Assembly: GCA_038087875.1 (NCBI GenBank)
Contig: JAXLNO010000656.1
Location: 114,134-134,133, forward strand
Direction of reading: 5' to 3'
From: Malacoraja senta
Taxonomy: Eukaryota
DNA length: 20,000 nt
Both the position numbers and the translations under genes were made by a program. The number at the start of each line of letters is the position of its first letter. Position 1 is the first letter of the stretch. The notes under the pieces were generated by a model. That model was not told the origin of the DNA, did not search any database, and saw only the letters and a list, made by a program, of their open reading frames with translations. Shown in pieces: positions 19,806 to 20,000 of this stretch.

Positions 19806-20000
19806 TAGACACAAAATGCTAGAGTAAGTCAGCGGGACAGGCAGCATCTCTGGAGAGAAGGAATGGGTGATGTTTCGGGTTGAGACCCTTCTTCATACTG
19901 ATGTCTGCGGAGTGGCGGGACAGAGATAGAATGTAGTCGGAGACAGTAAGACTGGTGGGATAACTGGGAATGGAGAGAGAGAGAGAGTGAAAGCAAGGGC
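19806..20000 (-). mobile_element. Penelope-like 3' end, running off the window
   Basis: Minus strand reads CAGTATGAAGAAGGGTCTCAACCCGAAACATCACCCATTCC..GATGCTGCCTGTCCCGCTGA, preceded by a pyrimidine-rich spacer. Confidence 0.82.

Noticed and set aside
1..20000. CRISPR array or prokaryotic operon/defence system
   Set aside because: No regularly spaced repeat-spacer array or operon-like gene density. The RT and nuclease motifs belong to eukaryotic retrotransposons.

Overview
Eukaryotic, vertebrate-type DNA that is probably intronic or intergenic. No host protein-coding exon, rRNA, tRNA or CRISPR could be supported. About 60% of the window (my tally of the calls below) is retrotransposon-derived: Rex1/Babar, L1, CR1, RTE and CR1/L2-like LINE fragments, Penelope-like (GIY-YIG) elements and V-SINE/HE1-type SINEs. 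This repertoire suggests a cartilaginous fish, likely a skate or ray (inference). Three nested insertions have readable target-site duplications (TSDs): L1 in Rex/Babar, Penelope in CR1, and CR1 in Rex/Babar. The most interesting signals are a hammerhead-ribozyme-like core just behind an intact Penelope GIY-YIG ORF, decayed and head-to-head copies of that module, an unexplained ~94-bp hairpin at 6698-6791, an unclassified GC-rich element with a CR1-like tail, and a ~0.7-kb tandem duplication at the window start. I see no firm evidence of a wholly new system. Family names come from recognised motifs, not database searches.
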